Positions 1 to 14,800 are shown, numbered from the whole stretch's first letter. The stretch is 61,697 bases of DNA, filler included, from Platydemus manokwari (GCA_037951405.1; 5 parts of 5 records of this genome joined end to end with filler, not necessarily neighbours in it), one strand, 5' to 3'. Program-made: numbers and translations. The notes: generated by a model from the sequence alone, not told the origin.

Positions 1-3000
1 AAACCTTTTTTTTTTAATTATAAATACTACTATGGGTAACTTAGTAATGTATTTTATGTTTCATCAAATTCCAATATTTGTATTTCAATTAAATTCTACT
101 TGATTATAATTTTTTGATGTTTAAAATAATTATTAATAAGTAGTTATGAATTATTATTTATGCTTCATCTTATATATCATCTTATATCCATCTGTATTTA
201 GTTGATTTGTCAGATAAGTATCATAAGATTAAGATTTTTAAAGATGATATTCAGATAGAATTACCATATCAAATTAATATTAGTAATCATTATCGATTTA
301 GTAGTTCTAGATTTAATTCATTTATTTTTTAAACGTGTATAGATTCGAAGCATGGTATTTATTCACCTTAACAATTCTTAATTAAGCTTTCAGAAATTAT
401 TTTCTTATAAAAATTATTGTATTATCAAATATTTTTATATTATTTGGGAGAATGAATTTAATTTCGAAATAAAATAATTCCCATAAGTTTGCTATTTTTG
501 AGAAATTTTCGCCAATCTGATTTGAAATCCAAAATTATACTGATAAATAAAACCTTCCTTACTTCAATGGTCAATTGCTGAAAATTACCGTTAATAAAAT
601 AATCATGTTACTGCAAATAGTTATTTGATATCGTAATTATAATGATAAACAGCGATTTGTCAATGAGTTCACTTAAAAATGTGACAAGCAACTGTTGTAA
701 AAATTGAATCTGGTAAATGGTTTAAAAAAAGAAATATAATATCATAATTTGTTCCAATGCTATCATTTTCATTTATAAAAGGGATGCTTCAGAATTAATT
801 AAAATAAATGTTTCGAAACTTTGATTTGAATATCAAGGTTAAATATCTGAATTGCAAAAGGTCTCAGTCAAATGGTGTTAGAAATCTAATTATCTTATCG
901 AAAACTTTATATCATTTATAACTAAATTACGTTGATATTCAAAATAAGATTTTGAGGTACTATCATAAATACATACACAGAATGGTTGTTAAATTTTAGA
1001 AGAACAATCGCACCTTGTGGAAACTACTTTAAATGTAATGTAAAGAAAATGATACATATTCATTTTTAAGAATTTCTATATATGGACTTCTTACACTAAA
1101 GCTCCTCAACGTAATTTTTTTAATTTAAAATTCAGGTCTTGTTTTCATTTAAGATTTATGGATCAATCGATACGATTTCTCGACTTTGATCATTTTATGC
1201 TTCTAGGTTGATTGTTGAGAATTCATTTTATAGATTTATCGTATTTGCTTGGATAAGTGACCAAATATCCTTGATTAGATCGATGTTAATTATTATTCAT
1301 ATACCATTTGCATTTACCAATGCATTGAGTTTATCAAATTATTTATGTTGAGGCCCACAAATCAAACAGAATCATTGTATATATAAATTTAATTTTATTT
1401 TTAGACCTTGAAACCCATTCCTACCATTTTCCAATTTCTATCAATCACCATCACTACAAGTACGGGTCTCTATCATTCAGTTTATTTATATTTATAATGA
1501 GTACCAGTCAAATAGATCGTCAATCAACCCAACTATTGATTATATCACAAAAACAACCAAAATATTTACGAAAACTCTGAAAATAACCATTAAATAGTTG
1601 ATACACAAAATTTAACAAAATCCGATCAGATTCTTTCCAAATAACAATCCACTTGATGTAAGAGAAATTACTAACAAATTATCCATGGAAAAATTTATCG
1701 AATAAAAATCAAAACTCTGGGACATCAACTGAGCACACACGATAAGCCTATAGAAAGATTTTGATTTCACGAGCAACTAACAGTCTTTTTGGTGGGTAAC
1801 TTTCATTCTGTGTAACTTTATGAGATTTTTTGTGACATCACGTCTTTGTATTGTATTCAACTTTATTTTGATGATCCAATCTTGATTTATATCTATTGTT
1901 CTTGTATTGGGATTTCTAGTCATATTTGGAGACTAGTTGAACTTGTAAGTAACTTTTTATTATATTCTTGTGAATGTAATATTTTATTTTTAGTTTCAAT
2001 CATGTATTTTAGTAGAAGGAGATTGGTAGATTCGGTAAGTATTAAAATTTGATGATAAAATATAATTATAAATAAACTAGTGTACTAAAAAGGATAATTA
2101 TAAGAATAATAAGTAATATAATTGATAAATATAAATAAAAATAATAATTAACGATGATAAAATAAATGAAAATCAAAAAAGCCGATAGATGTTTGTTACA
2201 TATGTTGGTAGGTCATAAATCAATCAAAAGAGTTATAAGAACCAAGAAAGGAACCCTAAAAAGAGTCGATACACACAAACCCGATAAACACACGTGCGTT
2301 TACCAATCAGATACGTTCTAATATTAACCCATATTTAGAGGCTAAGAATCGAAAGGCACATATCTACAATCAATGGCACTAGAGATGTAGCACGAACTGA
2401 TTCAGCAAATGGAAAACGCATATCTGTGACATCAAACAGACACACCCGATATAACTATAAATTAGTTGAGTTCCATAGATATCTGCCAGACTTTGACGGT
2501 GACTGGTACATAAGAAGTCACTCACAAAAACAAAAGGAAGAACAAAATAAAAAGTCGAAATTATTTTGATGGTTCACTGAAAACAGTAGACCGCATCAAC
2601 CTATTTTAGTAGTGTTCTGAATATTGTTGGAAACACTATTTTATTCTTTTGTTGAGCAATTTATTTTCATTTTTCATAAATAAATATACTAGTTTACAGA
2701 TCGTCTTTTGAATATCATAGAGGATATTAAACTGTAAATAGATATCAAATAATCGATCATACTTAGGATTTCTACAAACATCTTATAGAATAATTTGTGA
2801 TAATTAATTCGTCTAAGTTATATTAATAACAAACATTTAATAACCTCGATAAAGATATACACTCATCATTAAAATTTCAGCCATAACCAGTACTGGTAGT
2901 TTCGTTTTCATTGGTGATAATGAAGCCCTCGGGAACCATTAGATAAAAACCACAACAAATAAAGCCTACAAAAATAAATATCAAGATGCATTAAATACTC

Positions 3001-3594
3001 AACACTGAAACAAAGTAATTATTTTAGATATCAAATAACCTTGTACCTTCTGTACTGAGTGTACTTTCAAGAAATCTTAATCGTATGTGGTGTTCCACTA
3101 AATGTTATCATTATTAATAATACTATCAATTATTCAGAAAAGTGATTATTTGAAATATCGCACAATTACTTTATTTAACAAAAGAAAAACACATAGCTTA
3201 GCTCAATATATTTGATCCTGAGAAAATAGAATAATATCACGAACTTAGAAAACTAGTTATCTAATTTTATTACATATTTTATCAATAAAACTGCCTAGAG
3301 ATGATAAAAATTCGAGTCGGTGAATTTCGTTTATTAAAACAAAAGTCAACTTTTTCTTAATTCACAATCGATTTTTTCTGTAATTTTTTTCTGTTAAATC
3401 CACACTTCCACGGGAATTTTATTTCGATAAAATTTTTAGTATTTTCAATTTGATTTGTTCTGATTTTACTAGTGGCTATATGGGACTTGGTTCTGGATTT
3501 TCTTTGTTTATTTTTCATAATTATTGTTATTTCTAAAGATTACAATTTTTCAAATTATTTAATCCTTGACTAAATATTAAATATCATTATACTT

Positions 3595-3720
3595 AGCTTA
3601 AAAAAGGGGTCCTTTGACCTACTCTCATATTGATGAATTTTCACATATCAGGGAATTATATAAAATTATTCTGTGAATAATTATCGCAGATTTAAAGTAA
3701 AAATAAATTTTTATAAACCA
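3595..3720 (+). mobile_element. Left-end fragment of the same MITE family
   Basis: AAAAGGGGTCCTTTGACCTACT; boundaries approximate. Confidence 0.55.
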
Positions 3721-3849
3721 TTTTAATTTCATATCAAAATTATACTACTTAATTATTCTTGGGAACTGTAAGGATTTATAATAAATTAAAATATGAAACA
3801 ATTTTGAAAATTCTATTTTTATAAAAGATTAAATTACTTTAATAATTTT

Positions 3850-4300
3850 AACAAAAATATAATTTGGTGTTTTGCCTTTTTAGTTCGTTTTTAATGCGTG
3901 CTTTATAAAATGGTATCGGCTTACATTTGGATCCGATTCTGATAATGTCTGTGGAATGGGAATTTAGGAAAGGAATCAGAAGATATAAAGAAAAGATGTA
4001 TGGAGGATCTAGCGAAGTTTTGAAGAATATTTTTAGAAGAAAAATTGAAGATATAAAGAAGTTATAGAGGAGATGTAAAGAAGATATTAAAAGGTATATA
4101 GATTAAATAAAGTAGAGAAGAATTATAAATTTAAATAAAGCGAATAAAGAGGACATGAAGATTTATAATAAATTAAAATTTGAAAAGCTTAGAACTTATA
4201 TTTTTATAAAAGATCAAATCGTTTTATATAACAAAAATATAATTTGTGTTTAGAAGTTCATTTTTAATTTGTGATTTATATAATGGTACCGGCTTACAGT
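3850..4300 (+). repeat. Dispersed repeat with ~75-bp direct repeats ~380 bp apart around a purine-rich core
   Basis: ACAAAAATATAATTT...ATGGTAYCGGCTTACA at ~3851 and ~4231; related sequence reversed at 60525-60975 and ~29620-29700. Confidence 0.55.
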
Positions 4301-4654
4301 TATTATGCTTGTAAATTTCTCGATGTCATGGATTGATGAAGAATTTAAAATGATTGACAGTACCATGTTGATAATTAATGTTTGTAAGACGTCTGTAAGA
4401 CCTCCGATGAAACTTGATAATGGAAATGTAAACATGAGTGATCCCGCTTAATTCATTATCAATTAATAAGAGTAATACTTTAAATTTTAAATTTATTATT
4501 ATGTTAATTTTTTGCATTTGGAATGCAAATAAAGGAAATGAAGACATCACTAAATTTTATATAATAATAAATATTTTAAGATATTTAATTCTTTTGTATA
4601 GATTATGTTTAATTTATTCAAATAGTCCAGTAAATATCTCACTTTTTAGAAAAT

Positions 4655-4900
4655 CGAATAGAAACAAAACCAATCTCCTATTCTAATCACAACACTTTTG
4701 TAAGATTTTTTGAAATTTTGCATATTTAATTTATTATAAATTGACGTAGTAAACTCCTGACATGTTTAATAATCTAATATTATTTGGTTTTATCCAATAA
4801 TTTTAAAAAATTTTAGTATCCTCAATTTGCTTCTAATATTAAAAAGTGGTTCTCCCTAATTTTCAATAAATTGCAATCTACTAGTGGTTTTTTAAGTAAT
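4655..4900 (+). mobile_element. Internal fragment of the same MITE family
   Basis: CTCCTATTCTAATCACAACACTT and CTCAATTTGCTTCTAATATTAAAAAG match the family; boundaries approximate. Confidence 0.55.
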
Positions 4901-6551
4901 GATTCGTTAGTCATTCAATTTGATCTTGTAGTTTAATCACTTCATAGATTTGTAATATTGTTGAAAAAAACATTATTAAAATAACTAATCACAAAGAGTA
5001 AATTTCACGAAATAAAATGTACAGAATACATATAAAATTGATTATATTACAGTACTGAGTAAAAACCACCTCGACTACATAACGCTAATGCACATAACAA
5101 GCATAGAAGGATTAAAGTCAATATACAAAAGGTTAAAATTCATATAAAGTTACTATTATATTTTTGTAGTTATTCACCATTATAAAAATTCTTTCGTTTC
5201 ATTAAAAGTTCTCGTATTGGATATTTGTTTCGTAATCAGGTCTTCAAGTTTCTATTAAGCTGTAAGTCTTAATTTGAAATCGGCTAGGTTTCCTTCATAT
5301 AGTTCATTAGTATTTGAAATTCTCAATGAAGCAGATCTTCATTGATTTTTTTTCCATTTCAAAAGGTTTGCTATACCGTATACTGTGCTCTTGCAGGAGC
5401 ATCAACAGATGTTCCTTATATATTGTAATTCAGTTTATAAATTTAAACACACTGTTAAATATATTTGCATTTATTTATTCATATTCACTACATTCTTTCT
5501 GGTAAATGGTACAGTATGTAGAAATATTTTAACCATATAATAATTCATAATTAAAAATTTTCTCCATGAACAGGACAATAGATAATGGTTAATTCTATAC
5601 AGTAAACAGATAATATAACATCGTAGTACAATGTGTAGTATATACAAAGCATTGGTTAAAAAAAATCCCATTGCAGGATTAAGCTCGAAACGACCCTTTT
5701 CCTAATTATTACAGAATGCATTGATATTAATAATTATTATTATTCTGAGTAGCATTAATAGTTGTTACTTTTGTAGCAACAAAATTTAAAATTAGACAAA
5801 TACTTATTTAAAATAGATACATTAAAATAAATGATTTTAGAAAATTAGTGCGCATCTATCTACTTAAAAATTTAAATAAAATTAATCAAATCTCAAAAAT
5901 AATTGACGCAAAATTCATTCATCCGTTTTATTAATCCTTAATTATTATTCTGAAATGCTATTTAAAAATCACTTTACCCATTCTTGCTTAGTTAATGTTT
6001 TAGTATTTTCTATTGATTCCAACCAATCAAATCGAAGTATGATTAAGTTAAAATCTGATCAACAAAATTGGGATCCTATGAAATTGTATTGCCAATTTCA
6101 GAAATAGATTGGACCAACCATAATTAATTTAGCATAATAAATTGTTTATAATAGCAATGAGCTTTTTTCAATATGTTTTTCATTGTCGATTTTTGTCGTT
6201 GCTTTTGAGGTCTGAAAGTATCGCTCGAGGTTGTAGATTGAATGTTTGGCAGTAACAATTTAAATATCAATGTATGATTTAAGAAATAATACATTTTCTC
6301 AGTTTTATATTGTTAAAAATTATATATAGATTACTGGTTTTGTTTTGACATCTGAAATAAGATTTCTTCGAATTATTATATTTGAATTTTGGTTTATAAT
6401 TTATTAATAAAATACAAATATATAACTTTTAATTTAAGTCAACAGAGTAGTTAATTGAATTTATTAAATTTTTAAGAAAAAATATTGTCTAATTTATAAA
6501 TTTAAAAATGTGATTGTTTAAATAATATTAAAGATAATCATAAGTTGTTTT

Positions 6552-7109
6552 GGCTTAATTTCTTCCTTTATTAGTTTCTTTGACCTATTTTCGTAATAAA
6601 TAATTTTCGTACTTGAGAAAATTTTAAAACTTGATTTTATATCGTTGCGATGTTTGATTTATTCGTATAATTCAGTTAATATCTTACTATTTAGGATTTC
6701 TAATAGAGACAAAGTATTGTTTTTAATGCAAAATCCTATTCTAATCACAGCACTTCTTTATGGTTGAGTTTTTAAATTAAAATTATAAATCGAGTTAGTT
6801 AATTAAAGAAATGTTTAATATTACCAATTTCTAGAACATTTGATTCTAATGTTAAAAAATAGGTCCTTGCTAATTTTCAATAAATGGCAATTCGATCTGC
6901 TTTGATCTTTTTTCAAATAATCAAATTTTAGGAAATTTTAAAGCTGTAGTATATTTGATATTTGATTTTAAATAACTGAAATTCTAATTAAGTACATAAA
7001 AAATTCAAAATGTTTATTAAAAATATAATTAAATAAACTAAATAGATTTTTGCAATACACTCAATAAATTAATAATTTTATTTTAGGACATCTTTTCTTA
7101 ACTTGAGCT
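6552..7109 (+). mobile_element. Diverged near full-length copy of the same MITE family
   Basis: Shares TTTGACCTA, CCTATTCTAATCACA, GATTTTTGCAATACACTCAATAAAT blocks in the same order as 26407-27018. Confidence 0.75.
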
Positions 7110-8643
7110 TATTATATTATTAGGGGGTATAGACTGATCTTGCAATCAATATTGAACAACATTTATTCTATCATCTGTTTTTGTTATCCACTAAATTCCT
7201 TGATAAACTATCACAAATGGTTATTTGAGATTGACGTATCGACCAGGAAAATGCTTAAGAGTGTTCTGGTTTTTCTAAGATTTTTCTTCAGTAACTACCT
7301 ATCAACGATACATGGTATTAGTGAATGTAGAATGAGAAACATTTTAGAAGAATGCACTGGGTAATCTCTTGTTTATGAACTAAGTATACTTAAAAGTAAC
7401 TACGAATCAAAAGGACTCGCTACCAAGTCATTGGTTAAACAATTTGCACCACTAAATTTTCATGTCGCAGGAACAGAAAGAACCTTGAAACATCATTCAC
7501 ATGCGTATAAACAATTTGTTATATTGTCTTTTTTGGACATAAACTCTAAATATATGTTTGTGTGCATCAAGTAAAATATGAAGACTTTTACTCATTAATA
7601 AGAGTAGATGACCAAAGGAAATTACTTATATCAAAGTCAGAAACAAAAAATGTTTAATGCCCTTGAGAATTATTTGGAACGTATATGAATCTAATAGGCC
7701 CAACGATATAACTAGACGAAGGCTAAACGAATCTGATTCAGAGATTACATCGCCAGAAGAAGAATATAATTTGAATGAGGTAATAAACAACAAATGACTC
7801 ATACATGAACACTGAATTAAAAATGAGGGATAAATGTTAATGAATAATAATTAATTGTTAAAATAATAATTATTATTATTAGTATTAGTTGGTACTTTTA
7901 GTGTTGAAGATCTAATCCGTTTGAATCACGTATCAGTCAACTGTAATCTTTATAAAATTTAATTCTCAGTCTTTAGTCTAAACAAACATAACTAAGTATC
8001 AGTTACATCAAATCCATCAATTAACGAAACATGTACAATGCAGTTCACTGACAAACTCAATTTTAATTTCATTATTTGTTTTGTCTCATCAAAAGAACAC
8101 AATTATACAGTAGAGCTCAATTTGAAATAAAATGAGCTTCTATGCAAACAATAAAACCCATGCTTCGACATTATTTGTGACAACAATTTTGGTAAAGTAC
8201 TTTGCATTATATTTTGTCTGAAATTTTTATAATATGGAAATTCTATTTATTCATTTCAAATCGTGATTAATAGTGTGGTGAATTAGCAGTGTTTTATGTT
8301 TTAATCTATTGTGAAATAAAAATGAATTAAATAATGAAGAAGATTAATATAACTGTGTAGAAAAGGAAACTGTTAAATAGACGAGTAAGCAACAAAATGA
8401 TAAAATTGTAATAAAAATCAATACAGTAGAAAAAATATTTATATGAAAGAAAATATTTAAATAAATATAATATCAAAATAATAACAAGCACACCAACTAA
8501 TTAATATTATATTATCGAAAATGATTACTCCACATCAACACCAAAAATAGATGAATTAAATCGCAGAGATTCACCTTAAAATCAATCTGATTAACTACTT
8601 AGTGGATCCATTTTGGGCAGCAAATATATTAATAAAAATACAC

Positions 8644-8645
<2 letters not shown>

Positions 8646-8704
<59 letters not shown>
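8646..8704. repeat. (TTA)n microsatellite
   Basis: Direct reading. Confidence 0.95.
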
Positions 8705-8753
8705 TTCAGTAGTATTATGAATTTATTATGACTTTTTATGTTTTTATTTTACA

Positions 8754-8853
8754 NNNNNNNNNNNNNNNNNNNNNNNNNNNNNNNNNNNNNNNNNNNNTTA
8801 ATTAATTAANNNNNNNNNNNNNNNNNNNNNNNNNNNNNNNNNNNNNNNNNNNN
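8754..8853. other. Artificial contig linker (N44-TTAATTAATTAA-N44)
   Basis: 100-bp spacer with six-frame stop sequence, identical at four places. Confidence 0.97.
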
Positions 8854-8880
8854 ACATAATGTTACGAGCATCAATACACA

Positions 8881-8891
8881 AATAATAATAA

Positions 8892-8922
<31 letters not shown>

Positions 8923-8930
8923 AACAATAA
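8881..8930. repeat. (AAT)n microsatellite, interrupted
   Basis: Direct reading. Confidence 0.9.
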
Positions 8931-9821
8931 AGTATTTGGTTGTCAACTTAAATTATGAGATTGAAATAATAATGATAACAACTAAAATAAATCATCATCA
9001 TAACCATAACAGTGAATACATATTTCAAGCTTTATTAAGGTCCTATCAATCAATCAGGATCGATATTTTGAGCTCAATACTTTCCAGTTTGTTTATAAAT
9101 GATTATTAACGAGTGATAGATGTTCAAAAACATGATGTTATAATTGATGTTGTGTTGAACAATTATTGTCGATATTATTGATCAATTTTATCTATTATTA
9201 ATGTGAGATACTTTAAATGGTGTGACTATTCAGTTCGTTTTCAATGAGTGGATTTTAAAAATAGTAGTGACTTACGGATAATAAATATAAACACAATAAA
9301 ATACATCACATCTCATACAAGTATTATATCGATTTCTGAAAGTATTGTCATATGGCAAATATATGGAAATATCTTGAAATACCAGCTAATATATTGCAAT
9401 ACCAAACAACAGTAACAATTAATAATACACCAATGATCGATATTTTCTAATATCCTCGTCTACATATCTCATCAATAATGTTTCCCCAAATATGGATATC
9501 GTTAACCGTTTACAAACTGATTCATGTGAGGGCTTTATTTACTAGATATGATCGAAAATGCTATCAGTATAAAATATATTGATGTCACTCAATATCAGCG
9601 ATATCATATATCAAATCTCATCATATACAGTTTATTTTGATTATTATAGATCAAAATTGTAGCCATATATTTATTGAAGGTTTTCCTATGATGTTGAAGA
9701 AATCATTATGTAATATAAAGATTAATTTTATTAATGACAAATATGATAAAAATATTTCTTCTGACTCATTTAGAAGATTTTCACTTCACGAAAATAATTA
9801 TCTTTATATCGATCGGACGTT

Positions 9822-9853
<32 letters not shown>

Positions 9854-10199
9854 ATTAATATTATTACTATTAATTATTATTATTATTATTTATAACATCC
9901 TTTATTAATTTTGTTTTTAATAATTTATTTAGATAAAATCAATGAAAAACGTCGCTTCTCATTTCTACGAGGTTGATGTCTTTAAGGCAATTGATAATTC
10001 AATAATTTGTAAATTCTAACAAGTTGTTTTCTTGTTTTAATAAATATAAATATTGATTTGTGTGACATTTTTAAATTTTACAAAAATGTTTTACTCCTTG
10101 TCTCCAGTTGCAAAAAACGAAAACTATATTTGCTAAGCAATTTAATTTTTAATATTTACATTTCCATTATTAAGATTACTATTGGAATTTAAGTTAGAG

Positions 10200-10780
10200 A
10201 TGCCATAGGAATGTGCGACTGTATTAAGATATTAGTCAGTCAGAATTCTTGCATATACTTTGTGCCTTGAAGATATTAATATCCAATAACTTATTAAGGA
10301 TTTAACCATCACAATCTAATCAATAAAGTGAATATCATGACGGTACTTACCCAGGTAATATTCTCATCACACTGCTAAAGGGTCTGTTATTGATCTGATT
10401 AGCTAAGAGATACCATTTACGGAACTTGAAAGCTATACGACCTAATCTTCATGCAGAATGACGAAATCAATGAAGGCTATCTTTTATATTACCAAATTTT
10501 GTATTCTTTACAAGGAGGTGTTCGAAAACAATTAATTGAAAAACCGCTGATGGAACGAGAAATAATAAAATAGCGTTTTCAGAGATGAATATAAAGGAAG
10601 CAAAAAGGGTTGTGGAAATCAATGACAGTGGGCTTATTATTATTATTGATCAGGTTAAAAATTTCTACCGTTAGGTATTCTTTAAGTATTTGTTTGTAGC
10701 TCTATCTCAGAATCGAAAATAATAACCGAAACCAGAGGTAACAGGGCGTTAAAAGAATTGGAGCTTCTGAATTACAAATA
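10200..10780 (+). mobile_element. Possible decayed non-LTR (LINE) reverse transcriptase fragment
   Basis: Ordered fragments GGVRK, EAKRVVEIN, FKYLFVAL resemble GVRQG, GLxIN and FKYLG of LINE RTs; many stops. Confidence 0.25.
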
Positions 10781-13700
10781 ATATTTGCATAATTACTAGC
10801 AACGAAAATGTGGGATAAGTCTATTTATCATAAAATAATTATTAATATATTCCTAACTAATTCGCAAGTTCTGCACGTCTGTGTTCAGCTGTTGTGGAGC
10901 TCGGTCCTAATTGTTCCTATCGTCTATTTACTTTGGAGGCCATGTAACAAAAACAACTTGCATATCTCTCGTGTTGGAATCTTCTAGAGAATATTTATAT
11001 AAGTATGGGGACCATCTGAGTAGCCAAATGGTTGTAAACGAATAGGCACGAAATTAAAATAAAATAAACACAAAATTATATTTTTCAATAAAAAAATAAT
11101 GAAATAAACAAAAACATTTTAAAATTTGTTGAATTGCATCAAAACTGGGACATTGTTTTACTGACCGCATGCTTAAAAATAGAATAACCGCACAAAGTAC
11201 TACAAATAACTATAATAAGTTAAAACAATAACTAATACATCAGGAACACCATAAATAGTATCATAAGATACTAAGTATAAATTGTTACTAAAATAGAAAC
11301 ATGGCAAATGACATACACACGTGGTATAAATCGGAATTGTATATAAGTGAGTGAAAGCAGTCACTCTACGTACAAATTTTTAACGACAAAAAATTTTCGT
11401 AAAATTTATATAAACGAAGTTTATTGTTATTTTTAATTGTTAAGCAATTTCCTTATCAGTTTAGAGTGTTGATATTTATTATTTATTTGCGTCATTTCAA
11501 AATCCAATTTACACTATCGATGTTTATTATGTAATTCAATTGTTCCGAAGATATTTTGCAGATTCAAAATGAGCCAATTTCTACTTATTGTCGTCATGAT
11601 TATCTTCAGATCCACGGATATTTATTTCTAGCATGTGGTCTTTTAAAATCCAATAGGAACTCGCTCTTTTCCCCACCGTCATTTTTATGGAGTCTTGTCT
11701 CTCCACCTAGATTGCAAGACATTTACTGCTCTCTTGATGTTACTGTATGTCTACAACAAATTGTTAATATTCTGTCAGTTGTTTAAATTCTAATCCTAAT
11801 TAACTAAATATATTTTATTGTCTTGTCTCAACTGTTATCGATCGAAAGACAATATTTGTGTATGTTCTAAACATTATTTGGTTTTATTTTTTGAGTGATT
11901 ATTAACGACAACAACCTTTTATCTACCTGAGTCCAGATAATCAAGTTAAAGATTCTAAAATCTTCTGACTTAATCTATTCGACTATCTATAAGAATATTT
12001 TTACAAATAACTTTGAGAAATTCCTAATTTCGATTAATGAAATCTCTTTATACCTTCATTGTTTAACAGTGAATTCAAAAAGTACCCCCCCAAATCAAAA
12101 TCTTCTTTAAGGAAACCCTGCCCATGAAAGATGTCATTTCCAAAGTCAATTTTTAAAATAATAAACTTCTTTAACCGTGTTGCGCTCAACATTAGATTTT
12201 TTCAAAGTCTTTTCTGATAAAAAATTTTAACTTAATTCCAAATTGTGTTAAAAATATTGCCAAAAACAATTTAATATTTCTATTTACCCCGATATTATCG
12301 CGACACAGTTATGTTCATATTGATATTTAGATGAATACAACCTATTAACTTGTGTTCCAATTATTTTATGTACAATTCTCCAGATATTCACATTTATTTA
12401 CTGGTTCGAATTACATTCCATATAAGCTAATTGGGTAGTTATCTTTTAACTTTTGATATTCTATACCTCTTAAAGGATTTACGAGAATTTTGCAAGGATT
12501 GCTAAAGTGTAGAAATGCCTTGATTAAAAAAAAATTGTTTTCGATTTATTTTTAAATTATGGTTGTCATTATAATTAATGTGTTGTTATTATTATTATTT
12601 GTTTCTATTATTATTATTACTATTATTTTTTATTTTTAAAAAATAATAAAATATATTTGAAAAAGTTTATAAATGTATTTGGAAATTAAAATCGTGGTTC
12701 AGTACATCTGCTTGTGATAAATTCGGAAATATAAACCAAATAATGGTCCACAACCCATTCAAAACCAAGATCCGTGAAACCTCAGAGCATCGTGGTCGCT
12801 GTAAATTAATGAAATAATTATTTGTTTGACTGAATATGCTATTTTAAACATTGAAGATCGAAAAATGAATGAACGAAATTGTGCCAATCAATATCAGATT
12901 CTTTCTTTCCGTGTTTTGGTTTTGATTTCTCTGAAAGGACTACTTTTTGATGATTCAGCAGCTTTAGAAAACTAAGCAAGCCTCTTAATGATATCATCTG
13001 ATATTCTTTTTGGTTATTTCCATATTCATGCACTTCTATACTTAATTTATGTCTACTAAACAAACCCGTTTCTTTACTCTGTCGAGTAAGAAATTTGTTA
13101 TAATTAGCTTCAAACAACCTTTTCAACTATGTTTTAGATTGTGGATATTGAAATAATTCAGCTTCGTTTAGATAAAAGTCAGAAATATTGATGAGTAAAT
13201 ATAGATACCACGCAAATTTACAATTTTGACTCCTTTGAACCCCTGTTTCGATACTTAGCATAGATGGTACCTACATGGTCATACAGATATGGTAACCAGC
13301 CAATCAGAAACGAGATAAATTTAAAATTTCAATTTTGTAAACCACATTTCAACACAGCAAAAATATGAACGAGAGTGACCAATTAGAGCACCAAATTAAA
13401 GTTATCACACAGAAACACATACAAACTCTGAGTAAGAATAACAATACCCAAATTACTGTAGAGTCACCATGTTGTCAGTGGCAAGCAAATCAGTGTGGAA
13501 TTTATTTTGTTTATGTTGGATAGTGAACTGGAACCGGTGAAAAAAGAAATTGTTAATGATTTAAAAGTGAGTGCTGAGTGGCAAACGGGTATTTCAGTAA
13601 ATACAAGCTGCAAACATTACTTCACTTAGATAAAACCCAACAGTACTCAGTGTTTATTGATATTTTCATCGTTCGGATAAAATTTAACAAAGAATAACTG

Positions 13701-13938
13701 AGAATTCGAAAAAATACCTGTGATATCTCTCGAGTTTTTAATTTACATCTAAGTAGAGCTAACCATTTGAAGTGATTTACTGTTAATAAATCGTACCAAG
13801 AATCACATACAATCAATGGTTATAAATTTAAATGTGAAAAATGCACTTTGATTTGACTAATGAGAATTTTATTGACATTCAACAATTACAATAGGCAGAT
13901 AATGGTGGCAAATATTACTATATTATGCATGTATGTGT

Positions 13939-14562
13939 ATGTGTAGTCCATCACTGACAAATTGGCAAAATTCATTTCGACAGCTCCAATCACCTCATGC
14001 ATTATTTAGCTGCTATTTTATTCAATGCGCTTTGCATGCGAATTGTCCGAAACTGACACAAACTATAATATATAAACAAATAATAATTTATATTTTATTA
14101 AAGTCGATTATTTGAGAATTAAATATCAAAACTTTGAAATCATCACGAGCGCCATGCTTAGTATCACAATAAACTCGATAGGATTAAATTTGAAACTTTA
14201 TAAAATTATCGTAGAAATAAAGATATTTATTTAAACATAAGTTATAAATACTTCTGTAACTCATAAGCATAATAAGTCCAAAAATGAAGTTCATGTGTAG
14301 TCCATCACTGACAAATTGGCAAAATTCATTTCGACAGCTCCAATCACCTCATGCATTATTTAGCTGCTANNNNNNNNNNNNNNNNNNNNNNNNNNNNNNN
14401 NNNNNNNNNNNNNNNNNNNNNNNNNNNNNNNNNNNNNNNNNNNNNNNNNNNNNNNNNNNNNNNNNNNNNTATAAAATTATCGTAGAAATAAAGATATTTA
14501 TTTAAACATAAGTTATAAATACTTCTGTAACTCATAAGCATAATAAATCCAAAAATGAAGTC
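13939..14562. repeat. ~354-bp tandem duplication interrupted by an N gap
   Basis: ATGTGTAGTCCATCACTGAC...GCTGCTA at 13939 and 14293; TATAAAATTATCGTAG...AAAATGAAGT at 14199 and 14470. Confidence 0.85.
14370..14469. other. Plain 100-N scaffold gap
   Basis: 100 N without linker. Confidence 0.97.
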
Positions 14563-14800
14563 CATAGTCATATAAGGAACCCCAGGTAGTCCGCCATCAA
14601 TTTGTCCTTTTTGAGAGTAGAGTCGTCAGAGATTCCGAAGTAGTAGTAGGGATCCAATCAACATCAACTCATGGAAATTGGCTTTCAAAGCATTGACAGT
14701 TAATGACGATGAAATTTGTGTGATCGCTTCACACTCATAACTATGACCTTCAATTATAATTGAGAATTGTGATAATTTAATGCTTATTGATTTCGGCCTT
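14560..14800 (-). mobile_element. Possible decayed hAT transposase fragment
   Basis: SQFSIIIE...TQIS and IPTTTSESLTTLL resemble hAT FSIIxDE...EQLS and TTxExL motifs; broken frames. Confidence 0.25.

Noticed and set aside
5226-5250. Minus-strand CTTGAAGA...CGAAAC hammerhead-like spacing
   Set aside because: No convincing stem II or flanking helices.
8798-8809. Palindromic TTAATTAATTAA recurring four times
   Set aside because: Always centred in a 100-bp N spacer, so it is a synthetic six-frame stop linker.
10870-11040. Minus-strand DGPHTY...QVV resembling the Gypsy integrase GPY/F motif
   Set aside because: Too short and degenerate; no integrase core nearby.
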